A stretch of DNA of 64,000 nt, taken from an uncultured Verrucomicrobia subdivision 3 bacterium. GTDB taxonomy: Bacteria; Verrucomicrobiota; Verrucomicrobiia; Limisphaerales; UBA11358. Location of the stretch: positions 1,907 through 65,906 of the forward strand of contig CAIPKV010000025.1 in assembly GCA_903865745.1 (NCBI GenBank), read 5' to 3'. The notes beneath the pieces were generated by a model. The model searched no databases and was not told the DNA's origin. It saw only the letters and a list, made by a program, of their open reading frames with translations. Positions 18,336 to 27,863 of the stretch are shown here, piece by piece; positions within the stretch are counted from its first letter, which is position 1, and every line of letters starts with the position of its first letter. The position numbers and the translations under genes are program-made.

Positions 18336-19418
18336 ATGCATAACGGCCTCAACCTTAAATCCTCCGGCGCACTGGATTTCCTCTCCCTCGGTGCGCTCGT
18401 GAATCGTCTCGACCCAGGCATTATCCCGTTCCGCAAGGCGACGCACTGCGACATTCATGTCAGCGGCGGTGAATTCAATGTTTCCGCCAATCTCGCCGAC
18501 TGTTTCCACCTTAACACCGGCATTGCCAGCGCAATGGTGGATTATCCCATCGGTGACCTTATCGCTGAGCGCGTCCGGGCGATGGGCGTCAAGCCGTTCT
18601 ACAAGAAGTTCAAGCACGACGGCGTGCGTGGACCAAACATGGCCACAGTTTATTCTGATCGCGGCCAAGGCGTCCGCGCTCCCGTCGTTTTTTACAACCG
18701 CAGCAACGAAGCCGCCGGCCAGCTCAAGCCCGGCGATTTCAATTGGAACGAAATTTTCGGTGCTGGCGTGCGCTGGTTTCACAGCGGCGGTATTTTCGCC
18801 GCCTTATCCGAGACGACCGGCGAACTTATAGTTGAGGCGATGAAAGCCGCCAAGACTGCCGGTGCGGTTACCTCGTTTGATTTGAACTATCGCCAAAAGC
18901 TCTGGGACATCTGGGGTGGTCAGGCGAAGGCCGTGGATGTCCTTGCCCGCATTGTGCAGAACGTGGATGTGCTCGTCGGCAACGAAGAAGATTTGCAGAA
19001 AGGCCTTGGCATCGAAGGTCAGGACGTAGAATCTAAATCCAAGCTCGATCCGTCGGCGTTTTACGCCGTCATTGAGAAAGCCACGAAGAAATTTCCCAAT
19101 GTCAAAATCGTCGCTACCACGCTGCGTGAAGTTCATTCGACCAACTGCCATACTTGGGGCGCAGTCGCGTGGGTCAACGGCAAAACCTACCAGTCGCCAA
19201 TGTGCGAACTGGATGTTGTGGACCGTGTCGGCGGCGGCGACGGCTATGCCGCGGGCTTTTTCTACGGCCTACTGTCCGGCGCGAGCGAGCAGGAAGCCGT
19301 GAACCTGGGTTGGGCACACGGTGCACTGCTGACCACCTACCCCGGCGACACTACAATGGCGACGGTCGAGCAGGTCAAGGCGTTTGCCAAAGGCGGTTCT
19401 GCCCGCATCCAACGCTAA
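18336..19418 (+). CDS. PfkB-family sugar kinase, 2-dehydro-3-deoxygluconokinase (KdgK)-like, paralog 1
   Basis: 360 aa. Ribokinase/PfkB signature near the C-terminus (DRVGGGDGYAAGFFYG) and a GNEED motif. Confidence 0.85.
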   Translation: MHNGLNLKSSGALDFLSLGALVNRLDPGIIPFRKATHCDIHVSGGEFNVSANLADCFHLNTGIASAMVDYPIGDLIAERVRAMGVKPFYKKFKHDGVRGPNMATVYSDRGQGVRAPVVFYNRSNEAAGQLKPGDFNWNEIFGAGVRWFHSGGIFAALSETTGELIVEAMKAAKTAGAVTSFDLNYRQKLWDIWGGQAKAVDVLARIVQNVDVLVGNEEDLQKGLGIEGQDVESKSKLDPSAFYAVIEKATKKFPNVKIVATTLREVHSTNCHTWGAVAWVNGKTYQSPMCELDVVDRVGGGDGYAAGFFYGLLSGASEQEAVNLGWAHGALLTTYPGDTTMATVEQVKAFAKGGSARIQR

Positions 19419-19480
19419 TTCTGAGGCGGCGTCGGAACCAGCAGCTTGCTTGTCCAATATCACTGTGCAAACTTAGAAAC

Positions 19481-19503
19481 GGGACCGGCTAATTGCCGGT
19501 CCC
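19481..19503 (+). other. Perfect 9-bp GC-rich hairpin between the kinase and the LarA-like gene
   Basis: gggaccggc-taatt-gccggtccc. The downstream U-tract is weak, so terminator function is uncertain. Confidence 0.4.
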
Positions 19504-19520
19504 ACGATTGAATTGATTTT

Positions 19521-20795
19521 ATGCTGTATTTCGCGCGCGGTTCCACTACCGATATACTGTCCAAAGCCGATCTGCGCGCGGGTTTATTTGCTGCGCTAAA
19601 CAAACTTGGCGCGCGCAACCGTGTCTTGGCCGTGCCGCCCGACTTCACGCGGTTTCACTCGCAGGCCGGCTTGCTGACCACCCTCGTGCATGAATTTTAC
19701 GGCGACCGGTTGACCGATGTTTTACCCGCGCTCGGCACCCACACCGCGATGACCAGCGAGCAAATTGCGGAAATGTTCCCCGGCGTTCCCGAAAAACTAT
19801 TCCGCATCCACAATTGGCGCTCCGGCATCACCACAGTCGGCGAAGTGCCCGCCGCGTTTGTCAAAGAAGTTTCCGAAGGTGCCGTGAATTTTTCGTGGCC
19901 CGCGCAGGTTGCCAACCTGATCGCCAGCGGTGGACACCATTTAATTCTGTCCATCGGCCAAGTCGTGCCGCACGAAGTCATCGGCATGGCGAATTATAAT
20001 AAAAATATTTTCGTCGGCACCGGCGGCGCCGAGGGCATCAACAAAAGCCACTTCGTCGGCGCAGCTTACGGCATGGAACGCATGATGGGACGCGCGAATA
20101 CTCCCGTTCGCAAAATCCTTAATTACGCCTCGGAACATTTTACCAAGCATCTGCCGATCGTTTATGTCCACACCGTGATCGGGCGTGGCGACGATGGCCA
20201 GCTTGTCGTGCGCGGCTTGTTCGTGAGCGACGATGCGTCCGGCTTTGAACAGGCGGCGGCCCTGTCATTGGAGACTAATTTCGAGATGCTTGCTGAGCCG
20301 TTGAAGAAAGTCGTCGTTTACCTCGACCCCGCCGAGTTCAAGAGCACCTGGCTTGGCAATAAGGCCGTCTATCGCACGCGCATGGCGATGGCTGACGGCG
20401 GCGAACTCATCATTCTCGCGCCCGGCTTGAAGGAATTTGGCGAAGACCACGAGATTGACCGGCTCATTCGCAAGTACGGCTATCGCGGCACCCCGGCGAC
20501 GCTCGCCGCGACGCAGGCCAACGGCGAGTTGCAAAATAATTTGAGTGCCGCCGCGCATTTGATTCATGGTTCGAGCGAAGGCCGCTTCAACATCACCTAT
20601 TGTCCCGGCCATTTGACGCAGGCGGAAATCGAAAGCGTGAATTTTAAATACGCCAACCTGCAAACGATGACCCGGCGTTACAATCCGAAGCAGCTCAAGG
20701 ACGGCTGGAACACGCTGGCCGACGGCGAAAAGATCTTCTACATCTCCAATCCCGCGCTTGGTCTTTGGGCTTGCCGCAGCCGCTTCGATAAATAG
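19521..20795 (+). CDS. LarA-like (lactate racemase / DUF2088 superfamily) protein, putative nickel-pincer-dependent 2-hydroxyacid epimerase
   Basis: 424 aa. His74 (ALGTHTAM), then His151-x9-Lys161-x15-His177 (VVPHEVIGMANYNK...INKSH). This reproduces the His174/Lys184/His200 spacing I recall for L. plantarum LarA. Confidence 0.65.
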   Translation: MLYFARGSTTDILSKADLRAGLFAALNKLGARNRVLAVPPDFTRFHSQAGLLTTLVHEFYGDRLTDVLPALGTHTAMTSEQIAEMFPGVPEKLFRIHNWRSGITTVGEVPAAFVKEVSEGAVNFSWPAQVANLIASGGHHLILSIGQVVPHEVIGMANYNKNIFVGTGGAEGINKSHFVGAAYGMERMMGRANTPVRKILNYASEHFTKHLPIVYVHTVIGRGDDGQLVVRGLFVSDDASGFEQAAALSLETNFEMLAEPLKKVVVYLDPAEFKSTWLGNKAVYRTRMAMADGGELIILAPGLKEFGEDHEIDRLIRKYGYRGTPATLAATQANGELQNNLSAAAHLIHGSSEGRFNITYCPGHLTQAEIESVNFKYANLQTMTRRYNPKQLKDGWNTLADGEKIFYISNPALGLWACRSRFDK

Positions 20796-20854
20796 CCGGT
20801 GGTAGCCATTTAATTCACCCACCAGCCGGATAAATTCACGAACGGACCGGCCAA

Positions 20855-21169
20855 AAACGAAGATTGGCCTCAAAGAACCATTGGTTAATGTCGTTGCATC
20901 GACGATTGCTGGCCTCAAATCGGTCATGGGCACCTCCAAATCGAGGGTGAACGCAGTTAAATCGATGATTTATCGGGGCGAAACGACCATTGGCGGGATC
21001 CAATCGATGATGGACGACCGTAAATCGATCATGGACGAGGTTAAATCGATCATTTAGACAATCAAATCGATGATGAACGCCTTCGAAACGACCATGAACG
21101 AGACCAAATTGACGATGAACCGGTGGAAATCGATGATTAATCCCTGCAAAAACATGAAAAGGCCCCGAA
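20855..21169. repeat. Tandem array A: about 15 units of exactly 21 bp, consensus AATCGATSATGRACG + 6 variable nt
   Basis: The anchor motif AA(T/A)CGA sits at 20855, 20918, 20939, 20960, 20981, 21002, 21023, 21044, 21065, 21086, 21107 and 21128. All offsets are multiples of 21. Confidence 0.9.
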
Positions 21170-21380
21170 ACAGGACGATTTGGGCGTTGCCAGCGTAGCA
21201 AACCCTTCCGGCATTGGCCGACCCGCCGTTATAGACACAAAAGTCATCCCTGCTGCTTTTGTGTATTTCGGGTATTTCGTGGTAAAATTCAGTCGTCGCG
21301 AACTTTCCGCACTAAACCATTCGCGCCAATCATTCTATTTGAGTTCGCCAGCAATTCTTCGCTAGAATTCGAATCACTTT

Positions 21381-22478
21381 ATGGCCATTCCGCTTCGCGA
21401 AAAATCCACCTGCCACTACGACCAGATTTCCTTGGGCGAAGTCATGCTGCGGCTCGACCCCGGCGAAGGCCGCATCCGCACCGCCCGCTCGTTCACCGCG
21501 TGGGAGGGCGGCGGCGAATACAATACTTCGCGCGGCCTGCGCAAATGTTTCGGCCTCAAAACCGCCGTCTGCACCGCGTTCGTTGACAACGAGGTCGGCC
21601 ATCTCATCGAGGATTTTATCATGCAGGGCGGCGTCAGCACCGACTTCATCCAGTGGCGCGCGGACGACGGCATCGGTCGCAGCATTCGCAACGGGCTGAA
21701 TTTCACCGAGCGCGGTTTTGGCATCCGGGGCGCGGTCGGCGTTTCGGATCGCGGCAATTCCGCCGCGGCGCAGCTCAAGCCGGGCGATTTCGATTGGGAT
21801 AATATTTTTGGCAAGATCGGTACGCGCTGGCTGCACACCGGTGGCATCTTCGCCGCCCTCTCGGAAACAACCGCGGCGCTGACTATCGAAGCGGTGAAGG
21901 CGGCAAAGAAGCATGGCGTCGTCGTCAGCTACGATTTGAATTATCGTCCGTCGCTTTGGAAATCCATCGGCGGCCTCAAAAAAGCGCAGGAGGTGAATCG
22001 CGAAATCGCCAAATACGTGGACGTGATGATTGGCAACGAAGAAGATTTTACGGCTTCGCTCGGCTTTGAAGTAAAAGGCGCGGATCACAACTTGAGTACG
22101 ATTGAAACGGATGCGTTTAAGGCGATGATTGAAACCGCGGTGAAGACCTATCCGAATTTCAAGGTGGCCGCGACCACCTTGCGCCGCGTCATCACCGCGA
22201 CGAAAAACGACTGGAGCGCGATTCTCTGGCACGACGGCAAATTTTTCGAGAGCCGGAAATATCCGGAATTGGAAATCCTGGACCGTGTCGGCGGCGGCGA
22301 CAGTTTTGCGAGCGGCCTGCAATTCGGCTTCCTCGAATTCAACGATGCGCAGAAGGCGGTGGAATACGGCGCGGCGCACGGTGCGCTGGCTTCGACCACG
22401 CCCGGCGACACGAGCATGGCCACGCGCAAGGAAGTGGAAAAAACCTTTAGCGGCGGCAGCGCCCGCGTGCAGCGATAA
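21381..22478 (+). CDS. PfkB-family sugar kinase, KdgK-like, paralog 2
   Basis: 365 aa, colinear with the kinase at 18336-19418 (shared blocks AAQLKPGDF.W..IFG, GGIFAALSETT, DLNYR, GNEED, DRVGGGD). Confidence 0.85.
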   Translation: MAIPLREKSTCHYDQISLGEVMLRLDPGEGRIRTARSFTAWEGGGEYNTSRGLRKCFGLKTAVCTAFVDNEVGHLIEDFIMQGGVSTDFIQWRADDGIGRSIRNGLNFTERGFGIRGAVGVSDRGNSAAAQLKPGDFDWDNIFGKIGTRWLHTGGIFAALSETTAALTIEAVKAAKKHGVVVSYDLNYRPSLWKSIGGLKKAQEVNREIAKYVDVMIGNEEDFTASLGFEVKGADHNLSTIETDAFKAMIETAVKTYPNFKVAATTLRRVITATKNDWSAILWHDGKFFESRKYPELEILDRVGGGDSFASGLQFGFLEFNDAQKAVEYGAAHGALASTTPGDTSMATRKEVEKTFSGGSARVQR

Positions 22479-22484
22479 AAATTT

Positions 22485-23258
22485 ATGAAAACACCAGCAG
22501 AACTGTTCTCCCTCAAAGGCAAAGTGGCGGTCGTCATCGGCGGCACGGGCGTGCTGTGCGGCGAGATGGCCGAAGGTTTGGCCATCGCCGGCGCGACCGT
22601 CGCGCTCGTCGGTCGCGATGCGACCAAGGCGCAGGTGCGGCTGTATGCCATTGCCAAAGGCGGCGGCAAAGCGGAATTCTTTTCGTGCGATGCGACTTCC
22701 AAAACGGCCTTGCAGCAACTGCTGGCCGATGTGCTGAAGCAGCTTGGCCGGGTGGACATTTTGGTAAACGGCGCCGGTATCAATTCGCCAACGCCATTCC
22801 TTGATATTCCCGAAGACGAGTTCGATAAAATCATTACGGTGAATTTGAAGGGCGTCGTGCTGGCGTGCCAGGTGTTCGGCAAACATCTGGTGGAACAGAA
22901 ATCCGGCAGCATCATCAACCTCGGCTCCGCCTCCGGGCTGGCGCCGATTTCGCGCGTGTTCACTTATTCAGCCTCCAAAGCGGCGGTGCATAACCTCTCT
23001 AAAAATCTCGCGCGCGAGTGGGCGACGAGCGGCGTGCGCGTGAACATTCTGGTGCCCGGATTTTTCCCGGCGGAACAAAACCGCAAAATCCTCAATCCCG
23101 AACGCGTGGCCAGTATCATGGCCAAGACGCCGATGAAGCGCTTTGGCGAGGCGCACGAGCTGGTGGGCGCGACTTTGTTGCTGGCGTCGGATGCGGGTAG
23201 CTTTATCACCGGCGCGGAAATCGTGGTGGACGGCGGGTTCGATGCGATGAGCATCTGA
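22485..23258 (+). CDS. SDR-family oxidoreductase (KduD/gluconate-5-dehydrogenase-like)
   Basis: TGxxxGxG-type motif ([11 protein letters not shown]), NGAG, and a YxxxK catalytic motif (YSASKAAV). Length is 257 aa. Confidence 0.9.
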   Translation: MKTPAELFSLKGKVAVVIGGTGVLCGEMAEGLAIAGATVALVGRDATKAQVRLYAIAKGGGKAEFFSCDATSKTALQQLLADVLKQLGRVDILVNGAGINSPTPFLDIPEDEFDKIITVNLKGVVLACQVFGKHLVEQKSGSIINLGSASGLAPISRVFTYSASKAAVHNLSKNLAREWATSGVRVNILVPGFFPAEQNRKILNPERVASIMAKTPMKRFGEAHELVGATLLLASDAGSFITGAEIVVDGGFDAMSI

Positions 23259-23304
23259 GGCGAACGCTTTAAGTACGAAATATTCTTACCAAGCGAAAAT
23301 AATC

Positions 23305-23342
23305 AGCCCGTTGAAGTCAAACCTTCAACGGGCTTTTGATTT
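23305..23342. terminator. Bidirectional hairpin terminator between convergent SDR and MFS genes
   Basis: Perfect 12-bp stem agcccgttgaag / cttcaacgggct. It is flanked by an A-rich run upstream and a T-rich run downstream. Confidence 0.6.
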
Positions 23343-23352
23343 CTGAATAAGT

Positions 23353-24714
23353 TTAGATGTCGGTGATTGGCTGGTGGCGCGGCACGAGCGTTTTCATCAC
23401 AGCCCACGCCGTCAAATAACTCAACGCGCAGACGAAGAACATAATGAGGTAGGCGTGCTGCGGGTTCGCCTTGAACGTGTCCGTGAGCGAGCCGGCGAGC
23501 AATTGAACCAGTACGCCGCCGAGGCCGCCAGCCATCGCGCCAATACCGGTCACCGAGCCGACCGCTTTCTTTGGAAACATGTCGGACACGGTCGTGAACA
23601 GATTCGCCGACCACGCCTGATGCGCGGCGGCCCCGATGCAGATAACGGCGACCGCCAGCCATGAAGCCATCTGGCCGAACTGGCTGACATTGGCGAAGTA
23701 TTGCGTGCTCAAGACCGTTAGCGGGCACAGCGCGATGAGGAACATCGCGGTCATGCGCGCCTTGTAAACCGGCAGGCCTTTTTTGATGAGCGTCATCGGA
23801 ATACTGCCGCCATAAACGCTGCCGATGATGGCGACACCATAGACGATGAACGTCGGCAACATGACTTCATGCTTACTCATGCCGAACTGTTTTTTCAAGT
23901 AGTCCGGCAGCCAGAAAAGATAAAACCACCAGACACCGTCGGTTAGAAATTTCCCGAAGAAAAACGCCCACGTCTGCCGGTAGCCAAAGAGTCTGCCCCA
24001 GGAAACTTTCGCCTGGTCGCCGTTCGCGTCCTTGACGCCGGACTCCTCGTCAATGTGGATGTATTCGTATTCCGCCGACGACAGCCGCTGGCTTTTGGCC
24101 GGGGTGTCGTAGAGCCAGAACCAGAAAATCAGCCACACAAAACCAACCGCGCCGGTGTAGATGAAAGCCATTTTCCAGCCCTGCTGGTCACCGTAATGAA
24201 TCAGGCACCACGGCACAAACAGCGCGGCAATCATCGCGCCGAAGTTCGAGCCGCTGTTGAAGATGCCCGTGGCCAAGGCGCGCTCGCGCTTCGGAAACCA
24301 CTCGGCTACCGTCTTAATGGACGCGGGGAAGTTGCCCGCCTCACCCACGCCAAACGCGCTGCGCACGAGGATGTGGGCCATGAGCAAACGCCCGACGAAG
24401 GCATTCGCAATGCCGAAAATCGACCAGGTGATGAGCGATAGCGCGAGACCGAGCTTGGTGCCGATTTTATCAATGACCCAGCCGGCGAGAATGGTCATGC
24501 CCGCGTAAAATGCGGTGAAGGCGGAGGTCAGGTGGGCAAAATCCGTGTTGGTCCAGCCGAAGCCGCCCTGCGCTTCCGGCGTACAGAAGAATTCCTTGAG
24601 GTAGCTGATGACCTGACGGTCCAGATAATTGAACGTAGTGGAAAAAAACAGGAGTCCGCAGATGATCCAGCGGAAATTGCTGGTGAGCGGGCGGGACGGA
24701 TTAGGGGAATTCAT
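23353..24714 (-). CDS. MFS transporter, hexuronate (ExuT)/ACS-family-like
   Basis: 12 TM helices. The N-terminus RWIICGLLFFSTTFNYLDRQV is typical of the ExuT/ACS family. ATG at 24714 is preferred over the TTG at 24750 used by the ORF track. Confidence 0.85.
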   Translation of the reverse strand: MNSPNPSRPLTSNFRWIICGLLFFSTTFNYLDRQVISYLKEFFCTPEAQGGFGWTNTDFAHLTSAFTAFYAGMTILAGWVIDKIGTKLGLALSLITWSIFGIANAFVGRLLMAHILVRSAFGVGEAGNFPASIKTVAEWFPKRERALATGIFNSGSNFGAMIAALFVPWCLIHYGDQQGWKMAFIYTGAVGFVWLIFWFWLYDTPAKSQRLSSAEYEYIHIDEESGVKDANGDQAKVSWGRLFGYRQTWAFFFGKFLTDGVWWFYLFWLPDYLKKQFGMSKHEVMLPTFIVYGVAIIGSVYGGSIPMTLIKKGLPVYKARMTAMFLIALCPLTVLSTQYFANVSQFGQMASWLAVAVICIGAAAHQAWSANLFTTVSDMFPKKAVGSVTGIGAMAGGLGGVLVQLLAGSLTDTFKANPQHAYLIMFFVCALSYLTAWAVMKTLVPRHQPITDI

Positions 24715-24799
24715 TTTGGCGAGGATTACCGAAAGTAACGTACCGTTCAAGATTCGAAATCAACTTTACAAAACCGTGTTTTTTCGGCAGGTTCTGGGG

Positions 24800-25186
24800 A
24801 TGAATTTGAAAAAGTTTCTGCCTTTGCTCCCGATTCTGCTGCTGGCGGGCTGTAGCACCACCGCTACATTCACGCGCATGACCCCCAGCGTGCAGCCCCG
24901 CAATGCCGACAACCTTTACCCCGTCGAAATTGCCTTCAACTCTGGCCAGCAATCGTTGCGCTGGGATAGCCTCCGGCCTTATGTAGTGGTGAATGGTCAA
25001 ATCTTGCCGCTACGGCCGGTCCCGATCGTAGAAAACCGCTGGGAAGGCCTCTTACCCGTGCCGCCGACCGTCAATTCGATCACCTACCGTTTCAAGTTTG
25101 ACTATCTTTACAACACCTTCGGCAATGGCTCGCAGCCGGACAGCGCGTGGTCGCCAGCTTACAACCTGAAGATTGTTGACCCGTAA
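24800..25186 (+). CDS. Small lipoprotein (128 aa), function unknown
   Basis: Internal ATG at 24800 gives MNLKKFLPLLPILLLAGC, with lipobox LLAGC. The upstream part of the track ORF overlaps the MFS gene on the opposite strand. Confidence 0.7.
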   Translation: MNLKKFLPLLPILLLAGCSTTATFTRMTPSVQPRNADNLYPVEIAFNSGQQSLRWDSLRPYVVVNGQILPLRPVPIVENRWEGLLPVPPTVNSITYRFKFDYLYNTFGNGSQPDSAWSPAYNLKIVDP

Positions 25187-25200
25187 ATTTAATAAAAACT

Positions 25201-25238
25201 AAAAGCGCGGACAGCGATGTCCGCGCTTTTTTGTTTTC
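25201..25238. terminator. Bidirectional Rho-independent terminator
   Basis: Perfect 13-bp stem aaaagcgcggaca / tgtccgcgctttt with loop GCGA. An A-run precedes it and a T-run follows. Confidence 0.7.
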
Positions 25239-25254
25239 TAAATTGTCGGGCGAT

Positions 25255-25707
25255 TCAGCAGCGCTTCGGGCGCAGGATCAAAACCTTCTTATCCGTACCC
25301 TCCACTTCCACGCTGTGCGATTCCACATCGGGATCTTCGCGTAAGGCGTGGTGGACAATGCGGCGGTCAAAGGCGTTGAGCGGCTCCAATTCAACGGCAT
25401 CACCCCAACGACGGACCTTGTCAGCGGCATCTTTTGCCTTTTTCACGAGCGCCTCGCGCGCCTGCGCACGGTAGCCGCCCACATCGAGCATGACCTTAGG
25501 CGCGCTTTGATCCGCCTGAAACAGGAGGCGGTTCACGATGTATTGCAAATCCGCAAGCGTCTGGCCTTGGCGACCAATTAGGCGGCCCGACTCATCCGCT
25601 TTAACGTCGAGCATGAGGTCGTCACCAATTCGTTGCTCGGTTACCGTTGCCGGAAAACCGAGCGTGCCGAGAATCTTCTCCGTAATGTCTTTGGGCGTTG
25701 CAGGCAT
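25255..25707 (-). CDS. jag: Jag-type RNA-binding protein (KH + R3H domains)
   Basis: KH GxxG motif (IGRQGQTL) and an R3H-like motif (FDRRIVHHAL). It lies immediately downstream of yidC. Confidence 0.85.
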   Translation of the reverse strand: MPATPKDITEKILGTLGFPATVTEQRIGDDLMLDVKADESGRLIGRQGQTLADLQYIVNRLLFQADQSAPKVMLDVGGYRAQAREALVKKAKDAADKVRRWGDAVELEPLNAFDRRIVHHALREDPDVESHSVEVEGTDKKVLILRPKRC

Positions 25708-25718
25708 GAGATATTTAA

Positions 25719-27560
25719 TTATTTTTTCTTTTTTGATACCGGAGTCAATGCCGGATTCGTCGCCGGTCCAGTCGGCGTGGCGACGGTGGGGATGTTCGAC
25801 TTAGTCAACTTCGTCTGCGCCACAGTGAGCAGGTTGTTAACCGTCCAGTAAAGTGCGAGGCCGGACGAATAATTGTAGAGGAACAAGATGAACATTGCAG
25901 GCAGCCAGCGCATCATCTTCTGCTGCGAGGGATCCATACCGGGCGACGGCGGCGTCAGGTGCGACTGCCACAGCATCGCGCCGCCCATGAGCAGCGGCAG
26001 CAAGTTAAAGGGCAGACCGTCCGGCGTGCAGATGATGGGAATAAACGTCAAACCGTGAATCATGAATAGGGTGTCCGGCTTTGACAAATCCGACACCCAG
26101 AGGAAATGCGCGCCGCGCAGTTCAATCGCGCTTCGAATCATCGTGAAAAAACCGATGAATACCGGCATCTGGATGACCATCGGCAAACAGCCGCTCATCG
26201 GATTGACTTTGTTCTTCTTATAAAGTTCCCACTGCTTGGACGTGAGCTTTTGCACGTCATCCTTGTATTTTTCCTTCAGCTCCGCCAACTCCGGCGCGAG
26301 TGCCTGCATCCGCTTCATTGAGCGCGTACTCGCCGCCGTGAGCGGCCAAAACAGCAGTTTGATGAGAACCGTAATCCACACAATCGTCCAGCCGTAGCCG
26401 ACGCCAAGCAAATCATGCACCGCGTTCATCGCCGACAGCAGCAGTTTGGCGAAGAAGGTGCCGATGCCAAAGAAACTCCCGAACCCGCTGCCGAAATTCA
26501 TCACTTGATCGGCATGGTTGTTAAACTCCTCGCCTACGCGCGCCAACGTGCGAAATTCCTTGGGGCCAGCGAATAAAACTAAATTACGATCGAAGACAGA
26601 TTTGGCCGACAACGTGATCGCCGGATAAACCAGCGCCGTTTGGATGCCACGCGGCGATACCAGATTCGTCACCACGCCCACATTTTGGAAACGCGGCAGC
26701 GTCACCACCCGCGCGACCATCTGCAGCGCTGGCTCGTTGGTCGCCGGCATCGCCACCATCGCGAAAAACTGGTTGTGCGCCGCTGCCCAAACCACGTTGC
26801 CACTACCTGCAGTAAACACCGGCCGGGGCGCACCACGCGTACAGCCTACGCCGCCGCCCGCGAACCACGCCAGCGGCTGATCGTGCGCCGTCACACCGTC
26901 AAACCACATGGCGCCCTCGACTTGCCCGTTGTCATCCACGTCCATCGGGGTCGCCGTACCCACCACGAACTCCTGCTGCGGCAAAATTAGCGGCTTATCT
27001 GAGGTATTCTCAAGGCGCACATCGGCCAGCACGAGGAAATTGGAACTCAATTGGAAATTCTTAATCAGCAGCAGACCATCGGGAAAAGATTTTTCTGCGC
27101 GCACACCAGTCGCCGTTTGCGTCAGCGCAAAGTTACCGTCGCCAATCAAACTTTCGCCGCCGAGCACCGCCAGGGCCGGCACCGTCGTCCGCGCGTTCAA
27201 GGCCGAGACTGCCGAGGTCGCATTGCTGACCGAATCTTTCCAACGCGCTGAAACCGTCTGTGGATAATCAAGTAGTTCGATCAGCTTCAAACCACCGCCG
27301 CGCGAGGTAAACGTATAGCGCGCCCGACCATTCGTCAGAACCAGCGTCTGTTCCGGGGCGTTTGGGTCGAAAACAACGGAGGGTGTGTGCGTGTTTTCTA
27401 CTGGGGACGTCGTAGTCGTTGAGTTGGTGCTCGCCGCCAGGATAGTCGGATGAGATGCTTCGTACTGTGCCCGCTGCTGTGCAATCTTGTTCTCCTCTAC
27501 AAACCACCAGCCAAACAGCAGCACGCAGATTGAAATGACGATAATTCCGGTCTTGTCCAT
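25719..27560 (-). CDS. yidC: Membrane protein insertase YidC
   Basis: 613 aa with an N-terminal TM helix, a large periplasmic domain and the conserved C-terminal 5-TM core (CLPMVIQMPVFIGFF, YNYSSGLALYW). Synteny is rnpA-yidD-yidC. Confidence 0.95.
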   Translation of the reverse strand: MDKTGIIVISICVLLFGWWFVEENKIAQQRAQYEASHPTILAASTNSTTTTSPVENTHTPSVVFDPNAPEQTLVLTNGRARYTFTSRGGGLKLIELLDYPQTVSARWKDSVSNATSAVSALNARTTVPALAVLGGESLIGDGNFALTQTATGVRAEKSFPDGLLLIKNFQLSSNFLVLADVRLENTSDKPLILPQQEFVVGTATPMDVDDNGQVEGAMWFDGVTAHDQPLAWFAGGGVGCTRGAPRPVFTAGSGNVVWAAAHNQFFAMVAMPATNEPALQMVARVVTLPRFQNVGVVTNLVSPRGIQTALVYPAITLSAKSVFDRNLVLFAGPKEFRTLARVGEEFNNHADQVMNFGSGFGSFFGIGTFFAKLLLSAMNAVHDLLGVGYGWTIVWITVLIKLLFWPLTAASTRSMKRMQALAPELAELKEKYKDDVQKLTSKQWELYKKNKVNPMSGCLPMVIQMPVFIGFFTMIRSAIELRGAHFLWVSDLSKPDTLFMIHGLTFIPIICTPDGLPFNLLPLLMGGAMLWQSHLTPPSPGMDPSQQKMMRWLPAMFILFLYNYSSGLALYWTVNNLLTVAQTKLTKSNIPTVATPTGPATNPALTPVSKKKK

Positions 27561-27566
27561 AAAAGT

Positions 27567-27857
27567 TTAGTTTGTATCCGCCGCTGCAATTTTCCCATCC
27601 ACCATTGACCATCGGCTAGCCGCTTTCGGCACCGGGTCGTGGCCGTGACCACCCCACGGATGGCAGCGGCAAATCCGTTTAGCCGACAAAATAGTTCCCG
27701 CCAGTGCGCCGCATTCCTGCACGGCTTCAATCGCATATTGCGAACAGGTGGGCGTAAACCGGCAACCGCCCGCGCCAAACAAAAACGTCTGTGCCGGCGA
27801 AATTACCAGCCGATAAACGCGCACCGCAAAAACAAGAATGTGCTGGAGCAGGTTCAC
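27567..27857 (-). CDS. yidD: Membrane protein insertion efficiency factor YidD
   Basis: Motif [14 protein letters not shown]...[17 protein letters not shown]. Confidence 0.9.
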   Translation of the reverse strand: MNLLQHILVFAVRVYRLVISPAQTFLFGAGGCRFTPTCSQYAIEAVQECGALAGTILSAKRICRCHPWGGHGHDPVPKAASRWSMVDGKIAAADTN

Positions 27858-27863
27858 AGAGTT

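Noticed and set aside
20836-21201. 121-aa minus-strand ORF (HxRF heptads) across array A, treated as a real protein
   Set aside because: Its openness follows automatically from a stop-free 21-bp unit. It is on the opposite strand to all neighbouring genes, has an odd His/Arg/Phe-rich composition and has no start context. It is kept only as a repeat feature, and the plus-frame heptad is interrupted by a TAG.
21330-22886. 518-aa ORF on the minus strand overlapping the second PfkB kinase and the SDR
   Set aside because: It lies antisense to two genes with clear family signatures. Its composition is Arg/Ala/Gly-rich and typical of GC-rich shadow frames, and it has no recognisable motifs.
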